Shown one piece after another: positions 49,193-61,154 of a stretch of DNA of 64,000 bases. This DNA comes from Planctomycetaceae bacterium (lineage in GTDB: Bacteria; Planctomycetota; Planctomycetia; Pirellulales; UBA1268): NCBI GenBank assembly GCA_021300535.1, contig JAJTED010000003.1:13950-77949 (forward strand). The letters run 5' to 3'. Both the position numbers and the translations under genes were made by a program. Position 1 is the stretch's first letter. The number at the start of each line of letters is the position of its first letter. A model generated the notes under the pieces. That model had not been told where the DNA came from and did not search any database. It was given only the letters and a program-made list of their open reading frames with translations.

Positions 49193-49314
49193 CGCCGCCG
49201 CGCGGGCGGCCGACTGCCGTTGACCCGCGCGACGCCGGCGGCGTACGGTGCCCGTGGTCAGTGGGGCGGCCAGCGCGGAAGCCCCGTTTCCTGCCACCTT
49301 TCTGGAGACGTTTC

Positions 49315-49929
49315 ATGGGCAACATCGGCAAACTCGTCGCCGAGGCGATCGGCACCTTTTGGCTCGTGCTCGGCGGCTGCGGCAGCGCCGTGCTCGCGGC
49401 CGCCTGGGCCGCCGACCCGCACCTCGGCATCGGCTTCGTGGGCGTGTCGCTGGCCTTCGGCCTGACGGTGCTCCTGCCGGGCTACGTCGTCGCCCAAGTG
49501 ATCGGCGGCATTCTCGGGGCGCTGGTCCTCCACCTGGTCGCCTCGGGGCTGCCCGGCTTCGATGCCGCCGCCGGTGGCTTCGCCTCCAACGGTTATGGAG
49601 CCCATTCGCCGGGCGGCTACTCCTGGCAAAGCTGTTTCATCATCGAGGTCGTGCTCACGGCCGTGTTCCTGTTCGTGATCCACGGCGCCACCGACCGCAA
49701 GGCCGGCAGCGTGATCGCCCCGATCGCGATCGGCCTGTGCCTGACCCTCATCCACCTGGTGAGCATCCCCGTCACCAACACCTCGGTGAACCCGGCCCGG
49801 AGCACGGCGACGGCCGTGTTCGCCGGCGGCTGGGCGCTCTCCCAGCTGTGGATGTTCTGGGTGGCGCCGCTGGTGGGCGGCATCGTGGGCGGCCTGCTCT
49901 ACAAGGCCGTGGACGATTGCGCCGACTGA
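49315..49929 (+). pseudogene. aqpZ: Aquaporin Z with an in-frame deletion removing the first NPA loop
   Basis: [14 protein letters not shown]...AFGLTVL joins directly to LPGYVVAQ; only the second NPA (SVNPARS) is present. Confidence 0.8.
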
Positions 49930-49971
49930 TCCGGCAGGCGACGTGGGGACGGCCGGGCCGCCGTCCCCGCG

Positions 49972-51255
49972 TCACTGCGCCCGGATGTCGTAGCAGAGGA
50001 GCGCGTCGCCCTCGCGCAGATACAGCCGGCCGTCGGCGATCACCGGGTGGGCCCAACTGGGCCGGTCGCCGCTGCCGGGAACCTTGAACGCCGCCACCTC
50101 GGCGTAGCCTGCCGGCTCGGCCTTCACCAGGGCCAGCGTGCCGTCGGCGTAGCGGATGTAGAGATGCCCGTCGGCGGCGGCGATGGCCATCGAGTTCTTG
50201 CCGCTGCCGCGCTGCTTCCACACGATCTTGCCGGTGGCCAGTTCGGCGCAGAACGGGATCGGTTGATCGTCGGAGCCGCCGTAGAGGTGATCGCCGATGA
50301 GCACCACGCCGCCGTGCTTGTTGGCCAGCTCGGGCTTCAGGCCGTAGACCTCCTCCACCGTCACCGTGCCGCCCGGTCCCGGCTTCTGCCGCAACAGCGC
50401 GCCGCCCCGCTTGTAGCCGGCCGAGAAGAAGACGAGGTCGTCGCGGACGATGGGCGTGGGGACGACCGCGGGCGTCTTGTCGATCGGGTAGGTCCATAGG
50501 AGCGTGCCGGTCTTGGCATCCACTCCCAGGGCTGACGAGGCCGTGGTCTGCACGTAGATCTCCCGGCCCGCCACCTTCGCCTTCACGATCGAGGCGTGGC
50601 CCGCGCCGCGGTCGCCCGGCACCGGGCAGCTCCACAGCGGGCGGCCCGTCTTCTTGTCGAGGGCCACCATCGTCGCCTTTTCGCCGCCGGGCGTGCAGAC
50701 GAGCTGGTTGCCGTCGATGAGCACCGACTCGCTGTAGCCCCAACTATCCCCCTTCTTGCCGCCGAACTGGGTCTTGAGATCGACGCGGAAGACCTCCTTG
50801 CCGGTCGCGGCGACGCAGGCCACGAGCTGGCCATGGGGCGCGAGCACGTAGACCATGTCGCCGTCAACCGTGGGCGTGCTCCGGGAGCTCTGCCACGACT
50901 CCTGCCCGCTGGCCCACGGCTGGCCCGTCTTCGTCTTCCACAACTGCCGGCCGGTGGCTCGGTCGAAGCAGGTCAGATATTCATCGGCGTCGTCGGCCGT
51001 GGACAGGCCGTCGCCGAGCGTGAAAATGTGCTTCCCCGCGACCGCCGGGCTGGCGTAGCCGCGGCCCGCTCCCTTCGTCTCCCACACGAGCGTCGGGCCG
51101 TCGGCGGGCCAGGCTTCGAGGAGGTCGGTATCGGGCGCCACGGCCGTGCGGGCCGCGCCCCGGAACGTGGGCCAGTCGGCCGCGGGCACCGCCGCGGCCG
51201 GGACTGCGAGCGAAAGAACGGCGAACAGGGTGAGCCACGGGCGAGACGCTGGCAT
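49972..51255 (-). CDS. PQQ-binding-like beta-propeller protein
   Basis: Signal peptide, ADWPTFRG, SRSTPTVDG, SWAHPVIADGRLYLR. Confidence 0.85.
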   Translation of the reverse strand: MPASRPWLTLFAVLSLAVPAAAVPAADWPTFRGAARTAVAPDTDLLEAWPADGPTLVWETKGAGRGYASPAVAGKHIFTLGDGLSTADDADEYLTCFDRATGRQLWKTKTGQPWASGQESWQSSRSTPTVDGDMVYVLAPHGQLVACVAATGKEVFRVDLKTQFGGKKGDSWGYSESVLIDGNQLVCTPGGEKATMVALDKKTGRPLWSCPVPGDRGAGHASIVKAKVAGREIYVQTTASSALGVDAKTGTLLWTYPIDKTPAVVPTPIVRDDLVFFSAGYKRGGALLRQKPGPGGTVTVEEVYGLKPELANKHGGVVLIGDHLYGGSDDQPIPFCAELATGKIVWKQRGSGKNSMAIAAADGHLYIRYADGTLALVKAEPAGYAEVAAFKVPGSGDRPSWAHPVIADGRLYLREGDALLCYDIRAQ

Positions 51256-51329
51256 GGGGAGACTCCGATGAGGCCGTAGGACCGGTGGTATAGTAACGCG
51301 CAGAGCCGCGTATCTTGAAGGAGGATCAC

Positions 51330-51806
51330 GTGTCGGAGTCGTTGTTTGGCAGCCGGGTGACCGTCGAGCAGGTGGAGGAGGGTCAGGAACTGGCCCCCAA
51401 GTTCGACGCCGCGGGGCTGATTCCCTGCGTGACCACCGACTTCCACTCGGGCGAGGTGCTGATGGTCGCCGTGATGAATCGCGAGGCCCTCGCCAGGACG
51501 ATCGAGACCGGGGAGGCCCACTACTGGAGCCGCAGCCGCCGGCAGCTGTGGCACAAGGGGGCGACCAGCGGCCTGGTGCAGAAGGTCGTCGAGATGCGGA
51601 TCGACGACGATCAGGACTGCGTCTGGCTGCGGGTGGAGATCGCCGGCGGGGCCAGCTGCCACGTCGGCTACCGATCATGCTTCTACCGCAAGGTGCCGGT
51701 CGGGGCCGCGCGGGCCCAGGGCACGGCGCTGGAGTTCCTCGAGCATGAGAAGGCCTTCGATCCCAAGGCCGTCTACGGCGACGCGCCGAATCCGACGCAG
51801 CTCTAG
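51330..51806 (+). CDS. hisI: Phosphoribosyl-AMP cyclohydrolase
   Basis: [32 protein letters not shown]. Confidence 0.92.
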   Translation: MSESLFGSRVTVEQVEEGQELAPKFDAAGLIPCVTTDFHSGEVLMVAVMNREALARTIETGEAHYWSRSRRQLWHKGATSGLVQKVVEMRIDDDQDCVWLRVEIAGGASCHVGYRSCFYRKVPVGAARAQGTALEFLEHEKAFDPKAVYGDAPNPTQL

Positions 51807-52036
51807 GGTGCATCCGACTTTTGTGTAGCACCGGCTGCGGGGGCGGCAAAAGTCGCCGCTGCGCAGTCTTGCAGATTCTCGCTGTGGCCGCGGCGGCCAC
51901 ACGCTCGTCGAGCGTTCGCCGACCCCCTTGCCTCCCGGTCCCGATGAGTCCGGGCAACGCTACTCGTATGCAAGAACCGCTGTAGCGTCGGGTCTCTTGC
52001 ACGATGGTCACACCGGCGTAGCCCGGCGGTCCGCCT

Positions 52037-52579
52037 TCACCGGCGCACGCTCTCCGCCAGCGTCGCTCCCTGGGCATCCTTCGCCGAGATCACCGGCGGC
52101 GCCGTGAGCGGCCAGTCGATGGCGAGCGTCGGGTCGTTCCAGAGGATGCACCGTTCGCAGTCCGGGGCGTAGTAGTCGGTGGTCTTGTAGAGAAACTCGG
52201 CCGCGTCGGAGAGCACCAGGAACCCGTGGGCCAGCCCCGGCGGCACCCACAGCTGCCGGTGGTTCTCGGCCGAGAGTTCGACGCCCACCCAACGGCCGAA
52301 CGTCGCCGACTCCGGCCGGATGTCGACGGCCACGTCGAACACGGTGCCTTTGACCACGCGGACGAGTTTTCCCTGGGGTTGCTCGACCTGGTAGTGGAGG
52401 CCCCGGAGGACGTGCCTGTGGCTGAAGCTGTGGTTGTCCTGGACGAATGTCACCGGTCCGCCCACGGCCGCCTCGAACACCCGCTGGTTGAAGCTCTCGA
52501 AGAAGTGCCCGCGGGCGTCCTCGTAGACCCGCGGCGTCAGGATCAGCACACCGTCGATGGCCGTCGGCGTCACATTCAT
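52037..52579 (-). CDS. rfbC: dTDP-4-dehydrorhamnose 3,5-epimerase
   Basis: [22 protein letters not shown]. Confidence 0.95.
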   Translation of the reverse strand: MNVTPTAIDGVLILTPRVYEDARGHFFESFNQRVFEAAVGGPVTFVQDNHSFSHRHVLRGLHYQVEQPQGKLVRVVKGTVFDVAVDIRPESATFGRWVGVELSAENHRQLWVPPGLAHGFLVLSDAAEFLYKTTDYYAPDCERCILWNDPTLAIDWPLTAPPVISAKDAQGATLAESVRR

Positions 52580-53463
52580 GGGCGGCGGCCCTCGCGGACC
52601 AGGCCCAGGAGATACTCGCCGTAGCCGCTCTTGGCCAGCGGCGCCGCCAGCCGCTCGAGCTGCGCGGAGTCGATCCAGCCGTTTCGCCAGGCGATCTCCT
52701 CCGGGCAGCAGATCCGCAGCCCCTGCCGCTTCTCCAGCGTCTGGATGAACTGCGACGCCTCGATCAGGCTGTCGTGGGTGCCGGTGTCGAGCCAGGCGTC
52801 GCCCCGGCCCATCGTGTGTACGGTGAGTTGGCCACGCTGGAGGTACACGCGGTTGACGTCGGTGATCTCGAGTTCGCCGCGGGCCGAAGGCTTCATCGTG
52901 GCGGCGATGTCGACGACCTGCTCGTCGTAGAAATAAAGGCCGGTGACGGCGTAGCGGCTGCGCGGCTGGCGGGGTTTCTCCTCGAGGGAGATCGCCCGGC
53001 CCGCCGCGTCGAACTCGACGACGCCGTACCGCTCCGGATCGGCGACGGGATAGGCGAACACACTCGCGCCGTGCCGCTGGGCGTCGGCTGCCTGGAGCCG
53101 TGCGGCGAGCTCGTGGCCGTAGAAGATGTTGTCGCCGAGGACGAGCACCGACGGGCCACCGGCCACGAAGTCGGCGCCGATGACGAAGGCCTGCGCGAGG
53201 CCCTCGGGCCGGGGCTGCACCGCGTAGTGGAATCGCAGCCCCCAGGCCTCTCCGTCGCCGAGCAGTTCCTGGAACCGCGGGGTGTCCTGGGGCGTGGAGA
53301 TGACGAGGATCTCCCGCACGCCAGCGAGCATGAGCGCCCCGAGCGGATAGTAGATCATCGGCTTGTCGTACACAGGCAGGAGCTGCTTCGACATGGCCCG
53401 CGTGGCGGGGTGCAGCCGCGTGCCGCTGCCACCGGCGAGGATGATGCCTTTGCGTGCCGTCAT
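52576..53463 (-). CDS. rfbA: Glucose-1-phosphate thymidylyltransferase
   Basis: [33 protein letters not shown]. Confidence 0.96.
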   Translation of the reverse strand: MTARKGIILAGGSGTRLHPATRAMSKQLLPVYDKPMIYYPLGALMLAGVREILVISTPQDTPRFQELLGDGEAWGLRFHYAVQPRPEGLAQAFVIGADFVAGGPSVLVLGDNIFYGHELAARLQAADAQRHGASVFAYPVADPERYGVVEFDAAGRAISLEEKPRQPRSRYAVTGLYFYDEQVVDIAATMKPSARGELEITDVNRVYLQRGQLTVHTMGRGDAWLDTGTHDSLIEASQFIQTLEKRQGLRICCPEEIAWRNGWIDSAQLERLAAPLAKSGYGEYLLGLVREGRRP

Positions 53464-54392
53464 GGGAGGGCTCGGGGGGAGACCGGCGCAGCGTGGAGCA
53501 GCACGTCGGCCAGGGCGTCCACCACCGGAGCCGCATCATCCTGCCAGGCAGGGAGCGCGACGCCGAGGGCGGCGGTGAGTTTGCCGGTGTCGAGCCGGGA
53601 GTTGTGCGGCCGGCGGGCCGGCGTCGGGTAGGCGGACGATGGAATCGCTTCTACGGCCTCGGGCTGGACACGCAGCGGCAGGCCACGGTCGCGGGCCCGC
53701 TCCAGGATGAACCGCGCAAAGCCGTGCCACGTGGTGTGGCCACCGGGCACGGCGTGGTAGATGCCCGTCTCGGGGGCCGCACCGGTCCGCGTCGCGCGGT
53801 CGATCAGCCTGGCCGTCATGTCGGCCAGGAGCGCGGCGGCCGTCGGTGCGCCGGTCTGGTCGTCGACCACCCGCAGCTCGTCCCGCTCGCGGGCCAGGCG
53901 GAGGATCGTGCGCACGAAGTTGGCGCCATGCACGCCGTAGACCCAGCTGGTGCGGAGCACGTAGTGGCGGCCCGCGGCGGCGGCGGCCCGCTCGCCGGCG
54001 AGCTTGGTGGCCCCGTAGACGCCCAGCGGCGCGGGGGTGTCGGTCTCGACGTAGTGACCGGTCTTCGTGCCGTCGAAGACGTAGTCGGTGGAATAGTGGA
54101 CCAGCAGTGCCCCGCGTCGCGCGACCGCGGCGGCGAGGGCGGCCACGGCGTCGGCGTTGACCATGCGGGCGCGGTCGGGCTCCGCCTCGGCCCGGTCGAC
54201 GGCGGTGTAGGCAGCGGCGTTGACGACGACGTCGGGAGCCTCGCGATCGACCAGCGCGGCCAGGTCGGCGGTCCGCTCGAAGTCGATTTCCGGGTAGTCG
54301 AGGGCTACCATGCTTCCCAGCGCCGGCAGCGTGCGGCACAGCTCGTGTCCCACTTGCCCGTTCTTGCCCAGCAGCAGGATCTTGAGGCTCAT
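53460..54392 (-). CDS. rfbD: dTDP-4-dehydrorhamnose reductase
   Basis: [29 protein letters not shown]. Confidence 0.95.
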   Translation of the reverse strand: MSLKILLLGKNGQVGHELCRTLPALGSMVALDYPEIDFERTADLAALVDREAPDVVVNAAAYTAVDRAEAEPDRARMVNADAVAALAAAVARRGALLVHYSTDYVFDGTKTGHYVETDTPAPLGVYGATKLAGERAAAAAGRHYVLRTSWVYGVHGANFVRTILRLARERDELRVVDDQTGAPTAAALLADMTARLIDRATRTGAAPETGIYHAVPGGHTTWHGFARFILERARDRGLPLRVQPEAVEAIPSSAYPTPARRPHNSRLDTGKLTAALGVALPAWQDDAAPVVDALADVLLHAAPVSPRALP

Positions 54393-55447
54393 GACGCGTA
54401 GTGCTTCGCCATCCAGTCGCGGTACGAGCCGCTGGTCACGTCGGCGACCCAGTCCTGGTGGTCCAGATACCAGCGGACCGTGCGGCGGATGCCGCTGGCA
54501 AACGTTTCCGCCGGCCGCCAGCCGAGGGTCGTGGCGATCTTGGTGGCGTCGATCGCGTATCGCCGGTCGTGGCCGGGCCGGTCCTTCACGAACGTGATCT
54601 GCTCGCGGTAGGAACGTCCGTCGGCCCGGGGCTGCAGCTCGTCGAGAATGCCGCACAGCGTGTGCACGACGTCGATGTTGGCCATCTCGCTCGCCCCGCC
54701 GACGTTGTAGACCTCGCCCGGCACGCCCGCTTCGAGCACCCGGCGGATGGCAGCGCAGTGGTCGCCGACGTACAGCCAGTCGCGCACCTGCCGGCCGTCG
54801 CCGTAGATCGGCAGCGGCTTGCCCGCCAGCGCGTTGTGGATGACCAGCGGGATCAGCTTCTCTGGAAATTGGTACGGCCCGTAGTTGTTCGAGCAGTTGG
54901 TCGTCACCACCGGCAGGCCGTAGGTGTGGTGGTAGCCGCGGACCAGGTGGTCGCTCGCCGCCTTGGTCGCCGCGTAGGGGCTGTTGGGCTGGTAGGGGTT
55001 GGTCTCGGTGAACGCGGGATCGGCGGGGCCGAGCGAACCGTAGACCTCGTCGGTGGAAATGTGCACGAAGCGGAACGCGCCGCGGTCCGCGGCGGGCAGG
55101 GCCGCCCAGTGGGCCCGGGCCGCCTCGAGGAGCCGGAACGTGCCGACGACGTTGGTCGCCACGAAATCCTCGGGGCCGTGGATTGAACGGTCGACGTGGC
55201 TCTCGGCGGCGAAGTGCACGATCGCCCGCACGGCCTGATCGGCCAGCAGCCGCTCGACCAGATCGCGGTCGCGGATGTCGCCGTGGACGAACCGGTATCG
55301 TCCATCGCCGGCGATGGGCTGGAGGTTCTGCAGGTTGCCGGCGTACGTCAGCGCATCGAGATTCACGACCGGCTCGCCGCCGTGAGCGAGCCAGTCGAGG
55401 ACGAAGTTGGCACCGATGAAGCCGGCACCGCCGGTGACGAGGATCAT
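54389..55447 (-). CDS. rfbB: dTDP-glucose 4,6-dehydratase
   Basis: TGGAGFIG, FAAESHVDRS, STDEVYG, NCSNNYGP. Confidence 0.96.
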   Translation of the reverse strand: MILVTGGAGFIGANFVLDWLAHGGEPVVNLDALTYAGNLQNLQPIAGDGRYRFVHGDIRDRDLVERLLADQAVRAIVHFAAESHVDRSIHGPEDFVATNVVGTFRLLEAARAHWAALPAADRGAFRFVHISTDEVYGSLGPADPAFTETNPYQPNSPYAATKAASDHLVRGYHHTYGLPVVTTNCSNNYGPYQFPEKLIPLVIHNALAGKPLPIYGDGRQVRDWLYVGDHCAAIRRVLEAGVPGEVYNVGGASEMANIDVVHTLCGILDELQPRADGRSYREQITFVKDRPGHDRRYAIDATKIATTLGWRPAETFASGIRRTVRWYLDHQDWVADVTSGSYRDWMAKHYAS

Positions 55448-55655
55448 GACAGGGGTGCGGCCGGCCTGGGGCGACAGGGGTTCGGGGCGTGTACGGTTCG
55501 CCGGGGGCAGTCGGCCGACCGGCGGATTCCGGGCTATGATACAAGGCAAACGCCCAGTCCGCGGGACCCGTCATGCTCACGCCCAACCCGAAGTTCGACA
55601 TCCGGCCGATCCGGATCGAGACGGCCGTCGCGGAGTCCGCCTGCGGGTGACCACG

Positions 55656-56042
55656 ATGGCCGCGACCCACCTCGCCCTCATCCGCCGGCTCTCGTTCTGC
55701 GCCGGGCACCGGCTCTACGGCCACGAGGGCCGGTGCGCGTTTCTCCACGGCCACAACTATCGTGTGGACATCGAGGTCGAGGCCGAAGGCGGGGGGGCCG
55801 CGGTCGATGCCGTGGGTCGCGTTGTCGACTTCTCGCTCATCAAGAAGCGGATGCTCGGCTGGCTCGACGAGCACTGGGACCACGCCTTCATCCTCTTCGA
55901 GGAGGATGCGACGGCGCTGGCCGCGGTGCGGGCGGCCTGGGAGACCGACGAGGCCTGCGCGGTGGCCAGCCGCGGCGCCGGCCCGGCCGCGCCGCCGGTG
56001 CCGATCGCCGCCGCGGTGTGCGTGGATCGGAGGCCGACGTGA
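55656..56042 (+). pseudogene. queD: 6-carboxytetrahydropterin synthase-like gene apparently missing the NPTAE segment
   Basis: FCAGHRL, CAFLHGHNY, VDFS, WDH, then jumps to WET with no PTAEN motif. Confidence 0.7.
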
Positions 56043-56996
56043 CGGGCGAATCGTTCCCAGGGCGTTTTCCGCAGACGCGGCTGCGGCGGCTGCGGCGGCA
56101 CGCATGGCTCCGCCGAGCGGTGGCCGAGACGCGGCTGGCCGCCGCCGACCTCGTCTGGCCGCTGTTCGTCCACGACCATCGTGAGCCGGCGGCGGTGCCG
56201 AGCATGCCCGGCGTGGAGCGACTGTCGATCGAGGGCGTGGTGCGGGCCGCGGAAGAGGCCGCCCGGCTCGGCATCCCGGCGATCGCGGTTTTTCCCGTGA
56301 CGGAGCCGGCCCTCAAGACCGACGACGGCCGGCTGGCCACCGATCCCGACAACCTCGTGTGCCGCACGCTGCATGCCCTGAAGCGGGAACTGGGTGACGC
56401 GGTGGGCGTGATCTGCGACGTGGCCCTCGACCCCTACACGACCCACGGCCACGACGGGCTGTTGCGCGACGGCAAGATCCTCAACGACGAGACGGTGGCA
56501 GTGCTCGTCCGGCAGGCCGTTGTGCTCGCCGCGGCGGGCTGCCACGTCGTCGCGCCGTCCGACATGATGGACGGCCGCGTGGGGGCGATCCGCGCGGCCC
56601 TCGACGCCGCCGGCCACGAGGACGTGAGCATCCTGTCGTACGCCGCAAAATATGCCTCGGCCTTTTACGGCCCCTTCCGTGACGCCGTCGGCAGCCGCGT
56701 GGCGCTGGGCACGGCCGCCGCCCACGGTGTGGCCGACAAGCAGACCTACCAGATGGACCCGGCCAACACCGCCGAGGCCCTGCGGGAGGTGGCCCTCGAC
56801 ATCGCCGAGGGGGCCGACATGGTGATGGTGAAGCCCGCCGGCACGGCGCTCGACATCATCCATCGCGTGAAGGCGGCGTTCGGCCTGCCCACGTTCGCCT
56901 ACCAGGTGGGAGAGCGTGCTGGTGATCAAGCGGGCCGGCGCCGACGGCATCCTCACCTACTTCGCTCCCGAGATCGCCCGCAGCCTCGGGTCATGA
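56039..56996 (+). pseudogene. hemB: Porphobilinogen synthase with a deletion/frameshift near the C-terminus
   Basis: DVALDPYTTHGHDG, APSDMMDGR, YASAFYGPFRDA, MVKP, AYQV; SGEY segment absent and ESVLVIKRAGADGILTYFA continues in another frame from 56910. Confidence 0.85.
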
Positions 56997-57539
56997 CTTC
57001 GGGCGGAAGGCGACGAGCCGCTCGGGTCGCGTTTCCAGCCGGGGAGGATCGTCTACGCCCGTGTGGATGAGGTCCACGCAGTACGGGATCGCGGGGAACA
57101 CCGCGTCGAGGCACTCGCGGATGCTCTTCGGCCGGCCCGGCAGGTTGACGACGAGCGCCAGCCCGCAGACGCCGGCCGTCTGCCGGGAGAGGATCGCCGT
57201 GGGCACGTATTGCAGCGACACCTGTCGCATCCGCTCGCCGAACCCCGGCAGCAGTTTCGTGCACACCCGCTCCGTGGCCTCGGGCGTGACGTCGCGCGGC
57301 GCCGGGCCGGTGCCGCCGGTCGTGACGACCAGGCAGCAGCCCGCCGCCGCCAGGTCGCGGATCGCGGCGGCGATGTCGTCGATGTCGTCGGGCACGATCC
57401 GCTCACTGGCCTCCCACGGGGAGGCGAGCACCTCGGCGAGATAGGACCGGATCGCGGGGCCCCCCTCGTCGGCATATTCGCCGCGGCTGGCCCGGTCGGA
57501 GACCGTCAGGATGCCGATGTGTGCGGGTGGATGTGACAT
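56991..57539 (-). CDS. mog: Molybdopterin adenylyltransferase
   Basis: TVSDRAS, TTGGTGPAPRDVTPEA, LSRQ, NLPG. Confidence 0.93.
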   Translation of the reverse strand: MSHPPAHIGILTVSDRASRGEYADEGGPAIRSYLAEVLASPWEASERIVPDDIDDIAAAIRDLAAAGCCLVVTTGGTGPAPRDVTPEATERVCTKLLPGFGERMRQVSLQYVPTAILSRQTAGVCGLALVVNLPGRPKSIRECLDAVFPAIPYCVDLIHTGVDDPPRLETRPERLVAFRPKS

Positions 57540-57847
57540 AGCGTGTGCCGAAGGTTTGGCCCAAGCCGGTTCGCAGGCGGCATGAGTTCGCTCGCTGCGG
57601 CGCAGCGCCGTCACGCTCGCGATCCTCACGCCGACCCGCTCACCTCCCGTTGCAGGGAGCGACTCGGGAAAAGCGTGGCGCGCGGCAGCCCGCGACGCAA
57701 CTCATGCCGTCCCCGAGCGGGGTTCAGCCGATGCGGCTCAATCCTCGATCATCCAAGCGTCGTTCGCAGACTGTGGAACAAGTCTTCCCGAGCAGGATGC
57801 GAGGAATGCCGACCGGGGAAATCCTCGGCGTTTCCACCGGTCGGCCA

Positions 57848-57880
57848 AGTGGACAAAGGCCATGGAGGGCTTTGTCCACT
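57848..57880. terminator. Hairpin downstream of cysNC
   Basis: AGTGGACAAAG / CTTTGTCCACT 11-bp inverted repeat 5 bp beyond the stop. Confidence 0.55.
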
Positions 57881-57885
57881 GACAG

Positions 57886-59820
57886 TTAGATGATTCCCCG
57901 CGCCTCGAGCAGGGCCACGACGGCGTCCACGCACTTCGCGACCGGCCACTCGTGGGTCGGCAGGACGAGGTCGGGGCCGGCGGGTGGCTCATAGGGGGCG
58001 GAGATGCCGGGGAAGTTTGCGATCTCGCCGGCGTCGGCGAGCGGGTAATGCCCGTCGGTGTCGCGGGTGCGGCAGACCTCCAGCGGCGCGGAGAGGTGGA
58101 CGACGAGAAATCGGTCGCTCCCCACCCGCTCGGCGGCCTTGTGCCGCACGGCCTCGTCGGGGGCCACGAACGCCGCGAGCACCACGATCCCCGAGTCGTT
58201 GAACAGCCGCGCCACCTCGACGCCGCGGCGCAGGTTCTCGCTGCGCTCCTCGGCGGTGAAGCCGAGGTCGCGGCTGATGCCCAGCCGCAGCGACTGGCCG
58301 TCGAGCACCGCCACCGCCCGGCCGAGGTCGAAGAGCCGCCGCTCCACCGCCTGGGCGAGCGTCGTCTTGCCCGATCCCGTGAGGCCCGTGAACAGGATGG
58401 TGGCCGGCTTCTGGCCGAAGCGGGCCTCGCGCTCCGCGGCCGTGACCGTGCTGGCGGTGCCGTGGAGGCCGGCCGCGGCCGGCGGGTCGTCCCAGTGGGC
58501 CTTGCCGCCATCCTCCTGCTCCCGGTCGAGGATCATGCCGGCGGCCACCGTGGCGTTGGTGAGCCGGTCGATCATGATGAACGAGCCGGTGGCACGGTTG
58601 CGGCGGTAGGCGTCGTAGGCGATCGGGCTGGTGAGCGTGATCGCGCAGCGGCCGATCTCGTTCAGGGCCAGCGTCGGCGCGGGCTGCCGGTGGAGCGTGT
58701 TGATGTCGACGCGGTAGCGGAGGGAGCCCACGGCCCCGGGCGCCACCTTGCTCGTCTGCTTGAAGAGATACTGCTTGCCGGGCACGAGCGGCTCCTCGGC
58801 CATCCACACGACCATGGCCTCGAACCGGTGGTCCACCTTGGGCACGTTGCCCGGCCGCACGAGCATGTCGCCGCGGCTGGAGTCGATCTCGTCCTCGAGC
58901 GTGAGCGTGACCGACTGCGGGGCGAAGGCCTCGGTGAGCTCGCCGTCGAACGTGACGATGCTCTTCACGCGGCTCTTCTTCCGGGACGGGAGGCTCATCA
59001 CCTCGTCTCCCTGGCGGATGATGCCGGAGGCGATCGTGCCGGAGAAGCCGCGGAAGTCGAGGTTCGGTCGGAGCACGAGCTGCACCGGGAAGCGGAAGTC
59101 CTCCAGGTTGCGGTCGGAGCCGATGTACACCGTCTCGAGCAGCGGCATCAGCGGGGAGCCCGTGTACCAGGGCATGTTTGGGCTCGGGGCCACGACGTTG
59201 TCGCCCTTGAGGGCCGAGATCGGCATGAAGTGGAGGTCGGGCAGCTCGAGGCGGCCGGCAAAGTCGACGTAATCCTGCCGGATCCGCTCGAACACCGCCT
59301 GGTCGTAGCCGACGATGTCCATCTTGTTGATGGCCACGACGATGTGGCGGATGCCGAGGAGCGACACGATGAACGAGTGCCGCTTCGTCTGCGGGAGCAC
59401 GCCGTGGCGGGCATCGATGAGGATGATGGCCAGGTCGGCCGTCGAGGCCCCGGTGGCCATGTTGCGGGTGTACTGCTCGTGGCCGGGCGTGTCGGCGATG
59501 ATGAACTTGCGCTTGTCGGTGGAGAAGTAGCGGTAGGCGACGTCGATCGTGATCCCCTGCTGCCGCTCGTCCTCCAGCCCGTCGGTGAACAGGGCGAGAT
59601 CGACCTCCTCGCCGGTCGTACCGTAGCGGGAGGTGTCTTTCTTGATCGCCGCCAGCTGGTCCTCGTAGATCATCTTCGACTCGTAGAACAGCCGGCCGAT
59701 GAGCGTGCTCTTGCCGTCGTCCACGCTGCCGCAGGTGATGAACCGCAGCAGCTCCTTGCGCTCGTGCTGCGCGAGGTATTCGTCGATGTTCGTGGCGATC
59801 AGTGCTGATTGGTGTGACAT
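57886..59820 (-). CDS. cysNC: Sulfate adenylyltransferase subunit 1 / APS kinase fusion
   Basis: [22 protein letters not shown]; C-terminal [12 protein letters not shown]-kinase-like domain. Confidence 0.95.
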   Translation of the reverse strand: MSHQSALIATNIDEYLAQHERKELLRFITCGSVDDGKSTLIGRLFYESKMIYEDQLAAIKKDTSRYGTTGEEVDLALFTDGLEDERQQGITIDVAYRYFSTDKRKFIIADTPGHEQYTRNMATGASTADLAIILIDARHGVLPQTKRHSFIVSLLGIRHIVVAINKMDIVGYDQAVFERIRQDYVDFAGRLELPDLHFMPISALKGDNVVAPSPNMPWYTGSPLMPLLETVYIGSDRNLEDFRFPVQLVLRPNLDFRGFSGTIASGIIRQGDEVMSLPSRKKSRVKSIVTFDGELTEAFAPQSVTLTLEDEIDSSRGDMLVRPGNVPKVDHRFEAMVVWMAEEPLVPGKQYLFKQTSKVAPGAVGSLRYRVDINTLHRQPAPTLALNEIGRCAITLTSPIAYDAYRRNRATGSFIMIDRLTNATVAAGMILDREQEDGGKAHWDDPPAAAGLHGTASTVTAAEREARFGQKPATILFTGLTGSGKTTLAQAVERRLFDLGRAVAVLDGQSLRLGISRDLGFTAEERSENLRRGVEVARLFNDSGIVVLAAFVAPDEAVRHKAAERVGSDRFLVVHLSAPLEVCRTRDTDGHYPLADAGEIANFPGISAPYEPPAGPDLVLPTHEWPVAKCVDAVVALLEARGII

Positions 59821-60151
59821 GGGTGTCTAGCGTTTTCGGCAAGGGCTGGAGTGGGCTGCGATGGATGACACGTGCGACTCGGGTGGTGCCGCAGCTCGGG
59901 GCTGCCCGTGCCCTCTCGCCGGACGTTCGCCTCGGCCCTCCCGGCCTCGGCTCTCTGCATGTCCGCTTCGCTTCGCCATCCCTGGCTCCGCTCGCTTCCA
60001 TAGCCCGCTCGAAGGCACGGGCAGCCCCTCGCGGGTCTTCGTTCGGGAGGACATGAGTCTGGTCACACCGCACCTGTCCGCGGCCGCAAGGGCCGTTCTG
60101 CGGCCGCGGCTTGTGCCGCGGTCCGGAGCAACGGCTGGCGAAGGGGTGGCT

Positions 60152-61063
60152 TCAAAAGTAGCCCTCTTTCTTTTTCTTTTCCATGCTGCCCGCCTCGTCG
60201 GTGTCGATGAGCCGGCCCTGCCGCTCGGAGAACGTCGTCAGGAGCATCTCCTGGATGATCTCGGGGAGGGTGGTGGCACTGGAGTCGACGGCGCCCGACA
60301 GCGGGTAGCAGCCGAGCGTGCGGAACCGCACCCGCCGCATCTCGGGCTGCTCGCCCGGCTTCAGGGGCAGCCGCTCGTCGTCCACCATGATCATCACGCC
60401 GTCGCGCCACACGATCGGCCGCTCGGCGGCGAAGTACAGCGGCACGATCGGGATCTGCTCCAGGTGGATGTACTGCCAGACGTCGAGCTCGGTCCAGTTG
60501 GAGAGCGGGAAGACGCGGATGCTTTCGCCCTTGCGGACCTTCGTGTTGTAGAGGTTCCACAGCTCGGGTCGCTGGTTCTTTGGATCCCAGCGGTGGAACT
60601 CGTCACGGAAGGAGAACACCCGCTCCTTGGCCCGGCTCTTTTCCTCGTCGCGTCGCGCGCCGCCGAAGGCGACGTCGAAGCGGTACTTGTCGAGCGCCTG
60701 CCGCAGGGCCTGCGTCTTCATGACGTCGGTGTGGACCTTGCTGCCATGGGTGATCGGGTTGACGCCCGCCGCCCGGCCCTCCTCGTTGGTGTGGACGAGC
60801 AGCTTGAAGCCCAGTTCCTTGGCCACGTATTCGTCGCGGAGCCGGTACATGTCCTTGAACTTCCACGTCGTGTCGATGTGCATCAACGGGAAGGGAGGCT
60901 TGGCCGGATAGAAGGCCTTCTCGGCGAGGCGGACCATGACCGCCGAATCCTTGCCGATGGAGTAGAGCATCACCGGGTTTTCGAACTCGGCAGCCACCTC
61001 GCGAATGATGTGGATGCTCTCGGCTTCGAGCTGGCGGAGGTGGGTGAGGTTGTAGGTCGTCAT
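60152..61063 (-). CDS. cysD: Sulfate adenylyltransferase subunit 2
   Basis: [37 protein letters not shown]. Confidence 0.96.
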   Translation of the reverse strand: MTTYNLTHLRQLEAESIHIIREVAAEFENPVMLYSIGKDSAVMVRLAEKAFYPAKPPFPLMHIDTTWKFKDMYRLRDEYVAKELGFKLLVHTNEEGRAAGVNPITHGSKVHTDVMKTQALRQALDKYRFDVAFGGARRDEEKSRAKERVFSFRDEFHRWDPKNQRPELWNLYNTKVRKGESIRVFPLSNWTELDVWQYIHLEQIPIVPLYFAAERPIVWRDGVMIMVDDERLPLKPGEQPEMRRVRFRTLGCYPLSGAVDSSATTLPEIIQEMLLTTFSERQGRLIDTDEAGSMEKKKKEGYF

Positions 61064-61154
61064 CGGCCGCTGCAGGGATGGTTGGCGGGTTGAAATTTCA
61101 ATGTACCGCCACGATGAAACCCGAGTCCACGCCGGTTTTCGCCGGGTCCGCGGC

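Noticed and set aside
59821-60151. 330-bp gap between cysD and cysNC as a hidden gene or element
   Set aside because: The short ORFs have no recognisable motifs and I saw no terminal repeats.
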